A model generated the notes under the pieces. The model had not been told where the DNA came from. It saw only the letters and a program-made list of their open reading frames with translations, and made no database searches. 58,122 nucleotides of DNA from Candidatus Heimdallarchaeota archaeon (GTDB lineage: Archaea > Asgardarchaeota > Heimdallarchaeia > Hodarchaeales > Hodarchaeaceae), in the NCBI GenBank assembly GCA_020353515.1, contig CP070695.1, forward strand, positions 1,928,141 to 1,986,262. The letters are read 5' to 3'. Positions 48,481 through 58,122 of this stretch are shown in pieces. How positions within the stretch are numbered: position 1 is the stretch's first letter; each line of letters starts with the position of its first letter. The translations under genes were made by a program, and so were the position numbers.

Positions 48481-49728
48481 ATGACATCTAATTTAGTAGA
48501 CAGATTTCTTCGGTACGTTCGTATTCATACCACGAGTCAGGAAGATATTGATGAAATTCCTAGTACTAAAAGACAATTTGACTTAGCTCATTTATTGGTC
48601 ACAGAATTGCAGGGACTTGGATTGATGGACGCATCTGTAGATGAGCATTGCTATGTTATCGCAACCATCCCCTCTAACATCTCGCAGGAGTTAACTGCTA
48701 AAGTACCAACTCTATGTCTTTTAGCTCATATGGATACATCTCCAGAAGAACCAGGAGAAAATGTAAACCCACAGATAATCCAAAATTATGATGGTAAAGA
48801 AATCACTTTACCTAGCAATCCAGATCTAACTATTTCACCTGAACAAACACCTAGTCTGAAAAAATTCATTGGGAGTGATATAATCACTTCTGATGGCACA
48901 ACTCTGCTTGGAGGGGATGATAAAGCAGGGGTTGCGGTCATAATGACGGTTATCGATACTTTAGTTAACAATTCTTCTCTTAAACACGGCACTATTAAAA
49001 TAGTCTTCACTCCAGATGAAGAGGTTGGCCACGGTGTAGATGCACTAGATGTTGAAGCTTTAGGAGCTGATATTGGATACACTATTGATGGTGATGAGAT
49101 GGGAGTTTTAGAATCCGAGACATTCAACGCTGCGGGAGGAACAATTACTATTAAGGGATTTAACTTTCATCCAGGATATGCTAAGGATAAACTAATTAAT
49201 GCTCTGCATACTATGGGTGATATTCTCTTACAATTCCCGAGAGATCAGGCACCAGAGACCACAGAGAAGATGGAAGGATATTATCATGTATATGAAGCTT
49301 CTGGATCTGTGAATGAAGCAAAAATTCGATTTATTTTACGTGATTTTGATTCTACTGAGCTCCATCAAAAAATGCAAAGAATGGAAGAAATAGTCAATCA
49401 GATGAAGGAACGATATCCCAAGACTAAAATCAAGTTAGATCTAAAAGAACAATATAAAAACATGAAGTATCAACTTGATAAAGTTCCACATGTCATCGAA
49501 TACGCAGAAGAAGCGATCAAACGAGCTGGAGTAGATGTGATTCGAAAACCAGTGCGTGGTGGTACTGATGGAGCACGGTTAAGCTACATGGGTCTTCCTA
49601 CACCAAATATCTTTGCAGGCTCTATTAATTTTCATAGTAAAAAGGAGTTCGTTCCTGTTATAGCTATGGAGAAGTCAGTTGAAACTATTTTAAATCTAAT
49701 CCAAATATATGTCGAAAAATCGATCTAA
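48481..49728 (+). CDS. pepT: Peptidase T (M20B tripeptidase)
   Basis: RFLRYV, AHMDT, GTTLLGGDDKAG, TPDEE, HPGYAK, RGGTDG, NFHS. Confidence 0.95.
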   Translation: MTSNLVDRFLRYVRIHTTSQEDIDEIPSTKRQFDLAHLLVTELQGLGLMDASVDEHCYVIATIPSNISQELTAKVPTLCLLAHMDTSPEEPGENVNPQIIQNYDGKEITLPSNPDLTISPEQTPSLKKFIGSDIITSDGTTLLGGDDKAGVAVIMTVIDTLVNNSSLKHGTIKIVFTPDEEVGHGVDALDVEALGADIGYTIDGDEMGVLESETFNAAGGTITIKGFNFHPGYAKDKLINALHTMGDILLQFPRDQAPETTEKMEGYYHVYEASGSVNEAKIRFILRDFDSTELHQKMQRMEEIVNQMKERYPKTKIKLDLKEQYKNMKYQLDKVPHVIEYAEEAIKRAGVDVIRKPVRGGTDGARLSYMGLPTPNIFAGSINFHSKKEFVPVIAMEKSVETILNLIQIYVEKSI

Positions 49729-49767
49729 GAGATTTCATTCAAAAGGATCATCACGGATATCATCAGT

Positions 49768-51027
49768 ATGAGCGATATAAAACCAGTGTCTATTGATTTT
49801 TTCGGAACTTTCAAATTTGATAGATGTGATAGATGCGGGGAGTGCCTCACTCATTGTCCTATAATGAATTTTCCTTTAGACAAAGCAAAAGAAGAAATAA
49901 AGAATTTAATTGTGGGAAATCCAACACAAATATTGTCAGATTGTCAAAGCTGTTTTACCTGTAATTTCTACTGTGAAAAAGGATGTAATCTTACAAGTTT
50001 GATTCTTCAACGTTGGTCGGAACAGTATAAACGTGAGGGATTACGAAATCGGGGTAAGTACTTCATGACACTCTATCCAAATTACCCTAATTTTCGATCT
50101 TACACCTTAGAAAGGATGACGAAGAATGAAAGAGCCATTCTTGAGAAGTGGGGGAGTTTTAAACCTCTTAAAGGAGACACCTTAACTTATCCTGGCTGTA
50201 ACATAATACTCACTCCCACACTTGTCCAATCAAGATTATTTGAGGAATGTGATATAAGAGGACGGTTGGAATATTGTTGTGGGGAGACCCTCTTTAGAAC
50301 AGGTTATATAAATGAGTTAAAACAGGTTACTAAAAGATTAGATAAATGGTTTAACATTTTAAAACCCAAGAATCTTATGGTATTGTGTACTGCTGGCACT
50401 AATGTCTTTCGGAATATTCTACCGAATTATGGTTTGAACTATCAGTTCGAGTCTGCAACATCCTACATTGAATGGTTATGGAATCGTTTAGAAACAGGAA
50501 AGATCAGAATAGAAAGAAAATTAGACTACAAAGTCACAATCCAAGACTCATGTTATTCAAAGATGTTTGGGGACGATTATATGGATTTACCCAGAAAAAT
50601 CTTAAAAAAAATTGGCTGCGAGGTGATAGAACTTCCCCATAACCGAGAAAATATGAAATGTTGTGGAATAGGTGCTGGTTTCAGTGTTAAATCTGCTTAT
50701 CATCCGTTTAAAATGCGTAAAGCAACCATAGATAATCTCAATGCTGTTAAAAAAACTAGGGCTGATATTTTATGTGTCTATTGTTCAGGCTGCAATCAAC
50801 AATATCATGTAGCTAAGAAATTATATCTAAAAGGGTTCAAGATGGAAATTTATCACATAGTAGAACTTCTCCAGTTAGCAATTGGGGAGGAACCAGAACG
50901 AATGATTAAACGAACTGCATCGAAGATGTTCTGGGGTATAATGATTAAACAAATTCCGAATTTCTGGTCAAGAAAGAGATTTTATCTTCCCCCAATTCCT
51001 GAGGATCCAGCAGAAGATGCATACTAG
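49768..51027 (+). CDS. Fe-S oxidoreductase, HdrD/GlcF-like (ferredoxin + CCG domains)
   Basis: CxxCGECxxxCP, CxxCxxCxxxC, PGC, CCG twice, DSC, CSGC. Confidence 0.85.
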   Translation: MSDIKPVSIDFFGTFKFDRCDRCGECLTHCPIMNFPLDKAKEEIKNLIVGNPTQILSDCQSCFTCNFYCEKGCNLTSLILQRWSEQYKREGLRNRGKYFMTLYPNYPNFRSYTLERMTKNERAILEKWGSFKPLKGDTLTYPGCNIILTPTLVQSRLFEECDIRGRLEYCCGETLFRTGYINELKQVTKRLDKWFNILKPKNLMVLCTAGTNVFRNILPNYGLNYQFESATSYIEWLWNRLETGKIRIERKLDYKVTIQDSCYSKMFGDDYMDLPRKILKKIGCEVIELPHNRENMKCCGIGAGFSVKSAYHPFKMRKATIDNLNAVKKTRADILCVYCSGCNQQYHVAKKLYLKGFKMEIYHIVELLQLAIGEEPERMIKRTASKMFWGIMIKQIPNFWSRKRFYLPPIPEDPAEDAY

Positions 51028-51057
51028 GTTCTCCTTAATCTTACATGTGATCTTGAA

Positions 51058-52419
51058 ATGAGAACAATCCCTCGAAATAATTCTTTATTCAAAGAATCTG
51101 TTTGTACAAGATGTGGAGAGTGCTTCCATTATTGTCCCGAGTTAAGATTATCATTAAAAATAGCAAAACAGGAAATAGAAAATCTTATAGAAGGGAAAGT
51201 GAGTCATTACGTCCTTTTACACTGTACAACATGTTTTTCGTGTAACCTATATTGTCCAAATGATTGTAAACCTTACCAATTAATATTGGAGCGTTGGAAT
51301 GACCTTTACAAACAAAGGGGAGCTCCACCCATTTATCGTTTCGTGTGTCCAACAATAGAACACAATCTTTGGCAAATGTTACAAGTATTCATGTCCAGTG
51401 AAGAATATCTTTTGATAAATCGATGGATGAATCAAATACCTAAAGATTCTATTCTTCTCATTGGTAATTATCTTCATTTACTACCATTCGTCTTTGGTAA
51501 TAGTAAATTACTAGATAATTTTACACCTGTTGATCTACTCGATCATTGGGAGTGTGGAGGGTATCTATATCAAGGAGGTTATTTGGATGTGGTCAAACAC
51601 ATCGCTGAAAAGTGTAAACAAGATTTCAATATGTGGAAAGTAAAAGAAATTGTCCCAGCGTTGGATGCTGTTCACTGGATGTTAACTGCTGTACATCCTA
51701 ACGAAATGGGTGTATTACACAATTGTGAAGTTGTGAATTTCCATGAATTACTTCTCAAGAAAATCAAAAAAAGTGAGATTATTTTTCAAAATAATCTAAA
51801 AAGAGTAGTCACGGTTCATGATAATTGCTTTTCCAAAGCTGGTGATGGGAGGTACTGGGATTCCCCTCGGCAAATTCTAAAACTATCAGGTTGTAAGATT
51901 GTAGAAATGGAACACAACAGGAAAGATTCCCTTTGTTGTGGATTTGGTTCTGGAGCATCATGGAACAATCCATTTAGAATTGTTTTTGACATTATGGCTG
52001 TATCTAAGAGAAAATTTCAAGAAGCAGAAGCAACTAAAGCCGATGCTCTGATAACATACTGTGGGGGATGCCTTTACTTGTTGTGGGCATCACGAGAACT
52101 GTTTGGTAACAAGATAGACGTCTTCCATATTATTGAGATCGTCAGAATGAGTATGGGAGAAACCATCTATTATCCTGAACCTCATGTCAGGAGGGCTTGG
52201 GATCTTATCACAATAATCAATTATCATTTGCTTATGAGCTTACTTCGAAAACCTTTTTGGATCGATAAGATATCTCTTGATGAAAAAATCCTTGAATCTA
52301 AACGTTATCTTGGATTGAGGATTCTTAGAAAGCTTTTTGATGTTCCAATCATCCGAATTCTCTACAGGAAGGGTTTCCGTATTGTTTTACCAAAGATGGT
52401 AACTCCTAGGAAATTCTAA
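51058..52419 (+). CDS. Fe-S oxidoreductase, HdrD/GlcF-like paralog
   Basis: Two ferredoxin motifs, degenerate first CCG (ECGG), intact second (HDNC, CCG, CGGC). Confidence 0.85.
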   Translation: MRTIPRNNSLFKESVCTRCGECFHYCPELRLSLKIAKQEIENLIEGKVSHYVLLHCTTCFSCNLYCPNDCKPYQLILERWNDLYKQRGAPPIYRFVCPTIEHNLWQMLQVFMSSEEYLLINRWMNQIPKDSILLIGNYLHLLPFVFGNSKLLDNFTPVDLLDHWECGGYLYQGGYLDVVKHIAEKCKQDFNMWKVKEIVPALDAVHWMLTAVHPNEMGVLHNCEVVNFHELLLKKIKKSEIIFQNNLKRVVTVHDNCFSKAGDGRYWDSPRQILKLSGCKIVEMEHNRKDSLCCGFGSGASWNNPFRIVFDIMAVSKRKFQEAEATKADALITYCGGCLYLLWASRELFGNKIDVFHIIEIVRMSMGETIYYPEPHVRRAWDLITIINYHLLMSLLRKPFWIDKISLDEKILESKRYLGLRILRKLFDVPIIRILYRKGFRIVLPKMVTPRKF

Positions 52420-52652
52420 TTACCTTTCTCAAATTTATTTTGTCCCTCACTTTTTTTAGTTGGATTGATTGTTTAAAATATCTTGTTAAATTTCATTTTT
52501 AACGATTTAAGTCTTCTTCACTTAAATTGGAAAACCTTTAGAACGGAAAAGTTACTAAACAACTGAGTAGAAAGAGCGTTCATTGAAGTATCTTTATACA
52601 TTTTTACAAGTATTGATAGCTCAAACCAACTAACATCTCCATGGGATTTTAG

Positions 52653-55600
52653 ATGGCAACCCGCGAAGAAAAACAGATTAGACTGGAGTTACCCTCCACC
52701 TCGAGCGTTGAATGTGAAATAAGAGAAAGTTTAAGCCGAGAAGAATACATCTTCACTTTCTATCAAAACGAACGTGCAATTAAATCTAGTTCTGTATCTT
52801 GTGAGAAAATAAGTATAGATCAAATGGTTGATTTATTGAGTGATGCAGGAGTAGAATTCTTTAGCTTTTCAGCTATCTTCGATGTGGCGGAACTCCTAGT
52901 AGATTCAATAAAAAAAGAATTTCAGGAATCAACCACTGAGGTTGAAGAAATCGTTGATCGTCCTGAACCTATAGCGAGAGAAGATTTTGGAGAATTAGAG
53001 GTTGATGACACTGCATTAACACCTGAACCATTTGTTGAGAGGCAGGTTACTAGTGAACCAGAGTCAGAAATTGTAACAGATCCTGGTGATAAACTATTAA
53101 AAAAATTTGAGATGCCCTACTCCCAAGGAGGGTATGCGGGAGTTTATTATTGTCGAGATGGGAATTATTCCGTTGTTTTATTTCAAAATGAAACGCCAAT
53201 AATTCGGAAGAAATTCCCCAAAGACAATGTAAGTGAAGATAATCTTGTTGCTTTAATTAGTGAATCTGGAATTGATTTTCTTTCATTTTCCTCTATTTAT
53301 GATTCAGCTGAACAGATCCAAAATATCATCTTACATCCTGAAGAACACATTGAAACAGAAGAAGTACAAGTTAGCACACCAACGCAAGTTGTAGAGGATG
53401 TAATATCACCCATGGTAATGAAAGAGCCTGAAGACGAGATGGTGATGGTCGATTTATCCTCATTGGATGTTTCGGAGTATACAAAAGCAAAAGATTTTGA
53501 TAAATTTGTTGCAGAAGTCACTGCATTTGTAAATGAGGGTCAACCCCTTCCTGTCAAAGAAGTTGAGATTGAACATTCAGGTGGAGTCATATGCATCATC
53601 TTACGCCAGATGGATTCGTGGTTTCTCCGATTCAAAACTAAACGTGGGAAGGTCTCAGACGTTGCAGAGATTAAAATCGATCAAGATGAAATTGCCCGGC
53701 TTATCAACCAAGAAATACCCCAAATTTCCTTTAGTTATCTCTATGATGCCTCAGAAAAAGTATTTTTAGCAATACAACAGTTAGCCAATCGATCAATGGG
53801 AGATGTCATTTTTAATGTGGCGGTTGGGCATTTCTTACAAGTAATTGAACAACATGAAGCGGATGGAGATTTAAAAGCCGCTGCTCAAATAACTGAAGTG
53901 CTTCTTGAAAGATTCCGCAATGAAAATAATACAAAAGGGATTTTACAATTCGGAAAAAAGCTTCTAGGTTATTTTGAAGATCAGAAAAAGGAAACAAAGG
54001 CTATAAAGCTTAGGAATGAATTAACTGAGGAATTATTAGAGGTCGACGCAGCTATTTCTCTAGAATTTGTATTAGATTCCTTAGATATCTTGGAAGCTAA
54101 TAACAAACACTTAAATGCAGCTAATCTTTGTGGACTGCTTTTAGACCATTTACTAACTGAAGAAGGTACTGTTGACACTCTGAAAAAAATATTAATGCTT
54201 GGACGGAAACAGATAGATTTCTATAAGAGTACGAGACTCCCTTCAGTTATGGAGGAGAATGGTGTAAGATATGCTCATTATGCGATTAGACAATTGACTA
54301 AAATTAAAGATGATGAAATTACTCCCGAAATGAATAAGACTTTTCTAGAAGATTTAATGTATCTCCTTGATCAAGCTTTTGAGTCCCAAGAAGAACGAAA
54401 AGCACACTTTGAATTACTTGAAGCTCTTGAAAACACATTAAACACATTAAATCTACTGAAAGAAGAAACAGGTGGAAAAACAATCTATAATAAATATGTT
54501 GAAAAACTAATAGTAACATTAGAAGCCCAAGGGAAGAAAAATAAAGCACTAGATGCCACTATTGAGGCATCAAAGTTTTTATTAGACTCCGAGAATTATG
54601 TGAAAGCCTGTGATTATGGAAATCAAGCAATTAAACTGTTTTATGAATTGGATAAAATCCCTGAAGCTATTGATTTTAGTTTAGATATTGTTAGAGATCT
54701 TGTGAACATAAAAGAAACGACTGCAGCTCGAGATTATTTGAAATTCGTTGAGTCTCTTGTCAATAAGGCTTATGAGACGGATGATAAAAGTCGTGTTGAA
54801 AAACACCTAATCATTGGGGACTTATATGGGAAATTAGGCTTAAAGGATCAGGCAAAGGCCTATATTCAAGCTGCCCTCCAAACAATTGGAGAACCGAAAA
54901 AACGTGAGAAGATCGTTCTTGATTATGTTGGTGAGCTTTTAATGAGTCACGCAACCCTATCAGCCCAAGAAATGATTAATCAAGAGCTCTCTCGTCTTCT
55001 AAATGCCCAGAAAATAAAAGAAGGAATAAAGTTCTGTCAAAATTTCATTAAAGAATTACAAGAGTACAACCAATATGATATGGTTTTCGAATACATGAAA
55101 TATTGTTCTAGTTTAATGATCCAAACTGAACATCCAGATTATAAAGTGTTACAAAATTTTATTAAGGATTTACAAGAAGCAAATGCTTTAGATCGAGCAG
55201 CATTAATACTAAACCAATTAATTACTCTTCAATATAACCAAAAGGATTATACTAGAGCCATCGATGGAATTAATCGATTTATTGACAATCTTGTAGAAAA
55301 AGCTGAAAGATTCGATTTAGTTGAATATTATATCGATCGAATAGCAGATACATATCGTGAGATGGGTGACTCAGAGGGAGCTGTTGATGCATTACTCTCT
55401 TTTCAGAAGCGAATGATCAACCACTCAATAGAATTAGCTCAAAAGATAACTGATACAATTCTTAAAGATTTAGAAGCCAAAGCTGATTTCAAGAAATCCA
55501 TCAATATTGTTTCTTCGTTAATTGAAAAGCAATTGGAGTTAGGAAAGTACGAGGATGCTTATATTTTCAGTGTTCAAAATGCTAGGTATTATGAGCGATT

Positions 55601-58122
55601 AGGAGACATTGGTAAAGTAATTCAATATTTGGAAGACATTCGAGATAAATTTCTCAATTATGAACAATTTGAAGACGCTAATAGAATGACCGATCTCATT
55701 CTCAGGTTTGGGCGGAGCCATAAGAAGTACAAGCAAGCAATTACATCAATGAAAGAATATTCTAAAAGTGCATTAGATAGAGGAGATACAGCAACATCTA
55801 CTAAATTTTCATTAGAAATGTCTAAACTCTTAGAAGAAGAGAACCAAGAGGAGAAAGCTCTTGAGTTTCTACAAATGATATTCACCACAATATATGATAA
55901 AGGAGATAAAGAATCCGCACTTCAAGTCTTTCAACGAATTATGGAGATTCGAGCAGAGAAAGATGAATTTAAGAAAATAGCAAAGAAGTATTTGGATCCA
56001 TTGATCCACAAGTATCCTGATATTCAACTCATTGACATTACCAAACAAACATTAAAACCGTCTTTTGAGGAGTTCTTTTCTTTTGTTGAAAAAATCTATG
56101 ATGATATGCTTGAATTCGATGAAATCTCAGAGGAAATAATGGAAGCTATCGTCAATTTCGTAATTTCAGTGTATAATGAAGGATGGGGAACTGAAGGAGA
56201 TCGAATTGCCGATAAATATGCAAATAGATTTCTAGATATTGAGAAAGTCCCCTTTGCATCACGGTTAATGGCGACAGTATTAGAAAGGACTGAGAAACCA
56301 GTGTCAGAAGTCATTCCAGCATCTTTCAAATTCATAAAGGGACTTATCAATAATTCTTTACTGGAGGATGCAAGAGAATACACTGATCGTGTTATTACTA
56401 TGGTTACTTCTGAAAAGAAGTTTGGTAGTGAGGGTAGAGTACTTGGAGCTAAAATTGCAGAGAAATTTGCAACATATGTGGCTACAGTAAACCCAGATTT
56501 GGCCTCAGAATACGCCTATCAGGCATCTACGTTTTATCGGAGTATAAATGATTTTGAAGGTGTTGTGACTGTTTATACAAATCTCGCTAACAAAATCCCC
56601 CATCCCAAACAAGCTATAAGAACTTTTAAGAGAGGGATCAAGATTTGTCAGAAGTTCAAAGCGCATAAATATGAAGCAAAATTACTTTCTCAATTAACAG
56701 AATATCTTATTTCCTCAAATAATGTCGCTGCTATTGCATCATTCCAACAAACCTTAGAAAAGTATGAAGAATTACAGGATCTTGATGAATTATTTAATGT
56801 TGTCAGTGAATTGATTGACATAGCCATCAAGTCTGATAATCTCAAGATAGCTTATACTTATCTTGATTATTTATCTCGATTAAGTACAATGATAAATAAG
56901 ACAGAAGACATTGGGGGAATAATGGCTTTCTTATTACGTCACGCAGAAGAAACAAAGAATGACCAACATATAGAATTGGTTCAAAAATACATCAAGGAAT
57001 TAGGAATACGACCGAAGAAGTATAAAAAAGACTATAAAGCTCTAGCAGGGGAACGAATGGCTCATATAGAAGCACATCTAGGTGAAATAAAAGCTGTTGA
57101 GTTAGATGAAGAACCTGAACCCGTCCCTGAACTTGTCAAAACAGAAGCAATCGTTCCTCCGCCGCCTGAACCCCTTACTACGGAAATTTCTCAAGAAATC
57201 ATCGAAGAAGAGATCGATGAAGAATTTGTGAGTGTGATAAAAGAATTCGGTCAAGAAGAAACCCAAGTTGAACCTGGTATTCCAGAATTTCCAAGTAAGG
57301 ATGAGCCTGAGATCTTGCAACCAAAGTTTGAAGAATTAATTGAGACTCCCACTCATAAAGAACCAGCCCTTTCCGATGAAGAAGTAAGTTCCTTATTTTC
57401 TTCATCTCCTCTTCTAGAATCCGAACCAGAGATTCCTAAAGAAAGCGTACCTCCTGTTCTAGAAGAAGTTCCTCAAGAAAGTCTTCCTCCTGTTCTAGAA
57501 GAAATTCCTCCTGAATCTACAGAAGACAGAAAAACTGCTTTATCTGAGAAAGAATTAGAATCTCTCTTCATGCCAAGTGTTGAAAGTCCATCTGTAGATG
57601 TAAGACCGCCAGAAGTGTCAGAAGAAGAGATCAGTGAAGAGGATGAGTGGGAAGTTGATGCTTTTGGACGATTGTGGAGAAAAGATACATTAGATTCTTC
57701 TGAAGAAGCCATAGAAGAGACAAAAATCGATATTGCTGAACCACCGAGTGATTTATCTGTCGCGACCCCAGATCTAACTCCTCTTGAAAAAATCATTCAG
57801 GAAGATGAAGATAAAGAGGTTACAGAAGATATAGCTACGGACATTTTTCAGGAAGTGTTTACAGAAGAACCGGAGACAGTACCCCAAGAACCTAAAATGG
57901 AATCAATTGCAGATGTCTTGAAACAAGAAGAAGAAACTGTTTCAACTGACATATTCGATGTCCCTCAAGTGGATTATCAAGAGATTACTCCTCCCGAAGA
58001 AACCAAAGAATCCGAAGTGAAAATACCTGACCTTGCCGATCTATTTTCTGATGCACTTTCTGAACTAGGTACAATTAGTGGAGAAGCAGGACAGACTGAC
58101 GAAGAGAAAAAGAAGAAAAAAT
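52653..58122 (+). CDS. Giant (~1823 aa) protein: three N-terminal repeats, long TPR/alpha-solenoid and acidic Pro-rich tail
   Basis: ATG 52653 (MATREEKQIRLELP...), open to the window end (...EEKKKKK then a lone T). It is absent from the ORF track because no stop falls inside the window. Confidence 0.85.
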   Translation, partial: MATREEKQIRLELPSTSSVECEIRESLSREEYIFTFYQNERAIKSSSVSCEKISIDQMVDLLSDAGVEFFSFSAIFDVAELLVDSIKKEFQESTTEVEEIVDRPEPIAREDFGELEVDDTALTPEPFVERQVTSEPESEIVTDPGDKLLKKFEMPYSQGGYAGVYYCRDGNYSVVLFQNETPIIRKKFPKDNVSEDNLVALISESGIDFLSFSSIYDSAEQIQNIILHPEEHIETEEVQVSTPTQVVEDVISPMVMKEPEDEMVMVDLSSLDVSEYTKAKDFDKFVAEVTAFVNEGQPLPVKEVEIEHSGGVICIILRQMDSWFLRFKTKRGKVSDVAEIKIDQDEIARLINQEIPQISFSYLYDASEKVFLAIQQLANRSMGDVIFNVAVGHFLQVIEQHEADGDLKAAAQITEVLLERFRNENNTKGILQFGKKLLGYFEDQKKETKAIKLRNELTEELLEVDAAISLEFVLDSLDILEANNKHLNAANLCGLLLDHLLTEEGTVDTLKKILMLGRKQIDFYKSTRLPSVMEENGVRYAHYAIRQLTKIKDDEITPEMNKTFLEDLMYLLDQAFESQEERKAHFELLEALENTLNTLNLLKEETGGKTIYNKYVEKLIVTLEAQGKKNKALDATIEASKFLLDSENYVKACDYGNQAIKLFYELDKIPEAIDFSLDIVRDLVNIKETTAARDYLKFVESLVNKAYETDDKSRVEKHLIIGDLYGKLGLKDQAKAYIQAALQTIGEPKKREKIVLDYVGELLMSHATLSAQEMINQELSRLLNAQKIKEGIKFCQNFIKELQEYNQYDMVFEYMKYCSSLMIQTEHPDYKVLQNFIKDLQEANALDRAALILNQLITLQYNQKDYTRAIDGINRFIDNLVEKAERFDLVEYYIDRIADTYREMGDSEGAVDALLSFQKRMINHSIELAQKITDTILKDLEAKADFKKSINIVSSLIEKQLELGKYEDAYIFSVQNARYYERLGDIGKVIQYLEDIRDKFLNYEQFEDANRMTDLILRFGRSHKKYKQAITSMKEYSKSALDRGDTATSTKFSLEMSKLLEEENQEEKALEFLQMIFTTIYDKGDKESALQVFQRIMEIRAEKDEFKKIAKKYLDPLIHKYPDIQLIDITKQTLKPSFEEFFSFVEKIYDDMLEFDEISEEIMEAIVNFVISVYNEGWGTEGDRIADKYANRFLDIEKVPFASRLMATVLERTEKPVSEVIPASFKFIKGLINNSLLEDAREYTDRVITMVTSEKKFGSEGRVLGAKIAEKFATYVATVNPDLASEYAYQASTFYRSINDFEGVVTVYTNLANKIPHPKQAIRTFKRGIKICQKFKAHKYEAKLLSQLTEYLISSNNVAAIASFQQTLEKYEELQDLDELFNVVSELIDIAIKSDNLKIAYTYLDYLSRLSTMINKTEDIGGIMAFLLRHAEETKNDQHIELVQKYIKELGIRPKKYKKDYKALAGERMAHIEAHLGEIKAVELDEEPEPVPELVKTEAIVPPPPEPLTTEISQEIIEEEIDEEFVSVIKEFGQEETQVEPGIPEFPSKDEPEILQPKFEELIETPTHKEPALSDEEVSSLFSSSPLLESEPEIPKESVPPVLEEVPQESLPPVLEEIPPESTEDRKTALSEKELESLFMPSVESPSVDVRPPEVSEEEISEEDEWEVDAFGRLWRKDTLDSSEEAIEETKIDIAEPPSDLSVATPDLTPLEKIIQEDEDKEVTEDIATDIFQEVFTEEPETVPQEPKMESIADVLKQEEETVSTDIFDVPQVDYQEITPPEETKESEVKIPDLADLFSDALSELGTISGEAGQTDEEKKKKK
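57441..57518 (+). repeat. 36-bp tandem duplication in the acidic tail
   Basis: ESVPPVLEEVPQ / ESLPPVLEEIPP. Confidence 0.8.

Noticed and set aside
53297-57796. Ten short ORFs listed in the track
   Set aside because: Shadows of the giant plus-strand gene starting at 52653

Overview
A low-GC archaeal chromosomal window. Several features point to an Asgard archaeon, probably Heimdallarchaeia/Hodarchaeales (inference): GAGGTGA-type Shine-Dalgarno sites, TATA/BRE promoters, oligo-T terminators, longin-like proteins, membrane-anchored RING-like zinc fingers, a 7TM-like family and a GFE-type C-terminal sorting signal. It holds about 50 protein genes. I saw no rRNA, tRNA or CRISPR array, and only one IS200/IS605 tnpB remnant. 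The top candidate for an undescribed system is at 12.5-17.5 kb. A 51-aa precursor (signal peptide plus a ~14-aa Pro/Gly peptide) is transcribed divergently from a 480-aa tandem Lrp/AsnC-type regulator. One palindrome, TCA(C/A)CA-N15-T(G/A)GTGA, occurs at that divergent promoter and again upstream of a 4TM gene and of a metallophosphoesterase / Zn-phospholipase-C-like operon, each time ~20 bp from a TATA-like box. This resembles a peptide-signalling (quorum-sensing-like) regulon. Other highlights: an unannotated 51-aa RING-like miniprotein next to a TM-RING-like receptor; a wHTH/ARPP-1(DUF6569)/wHTH/vWA operon with three operator repeats and an A9 slippery junction; a longin gene upstream of a 7TM gene split by one stop codon; a degenerate TFB-like protein; and a ~1823-aa alpha-solenoid protein missed by the ORF track. 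All family calls come from motif recognition by eye, not database searches.
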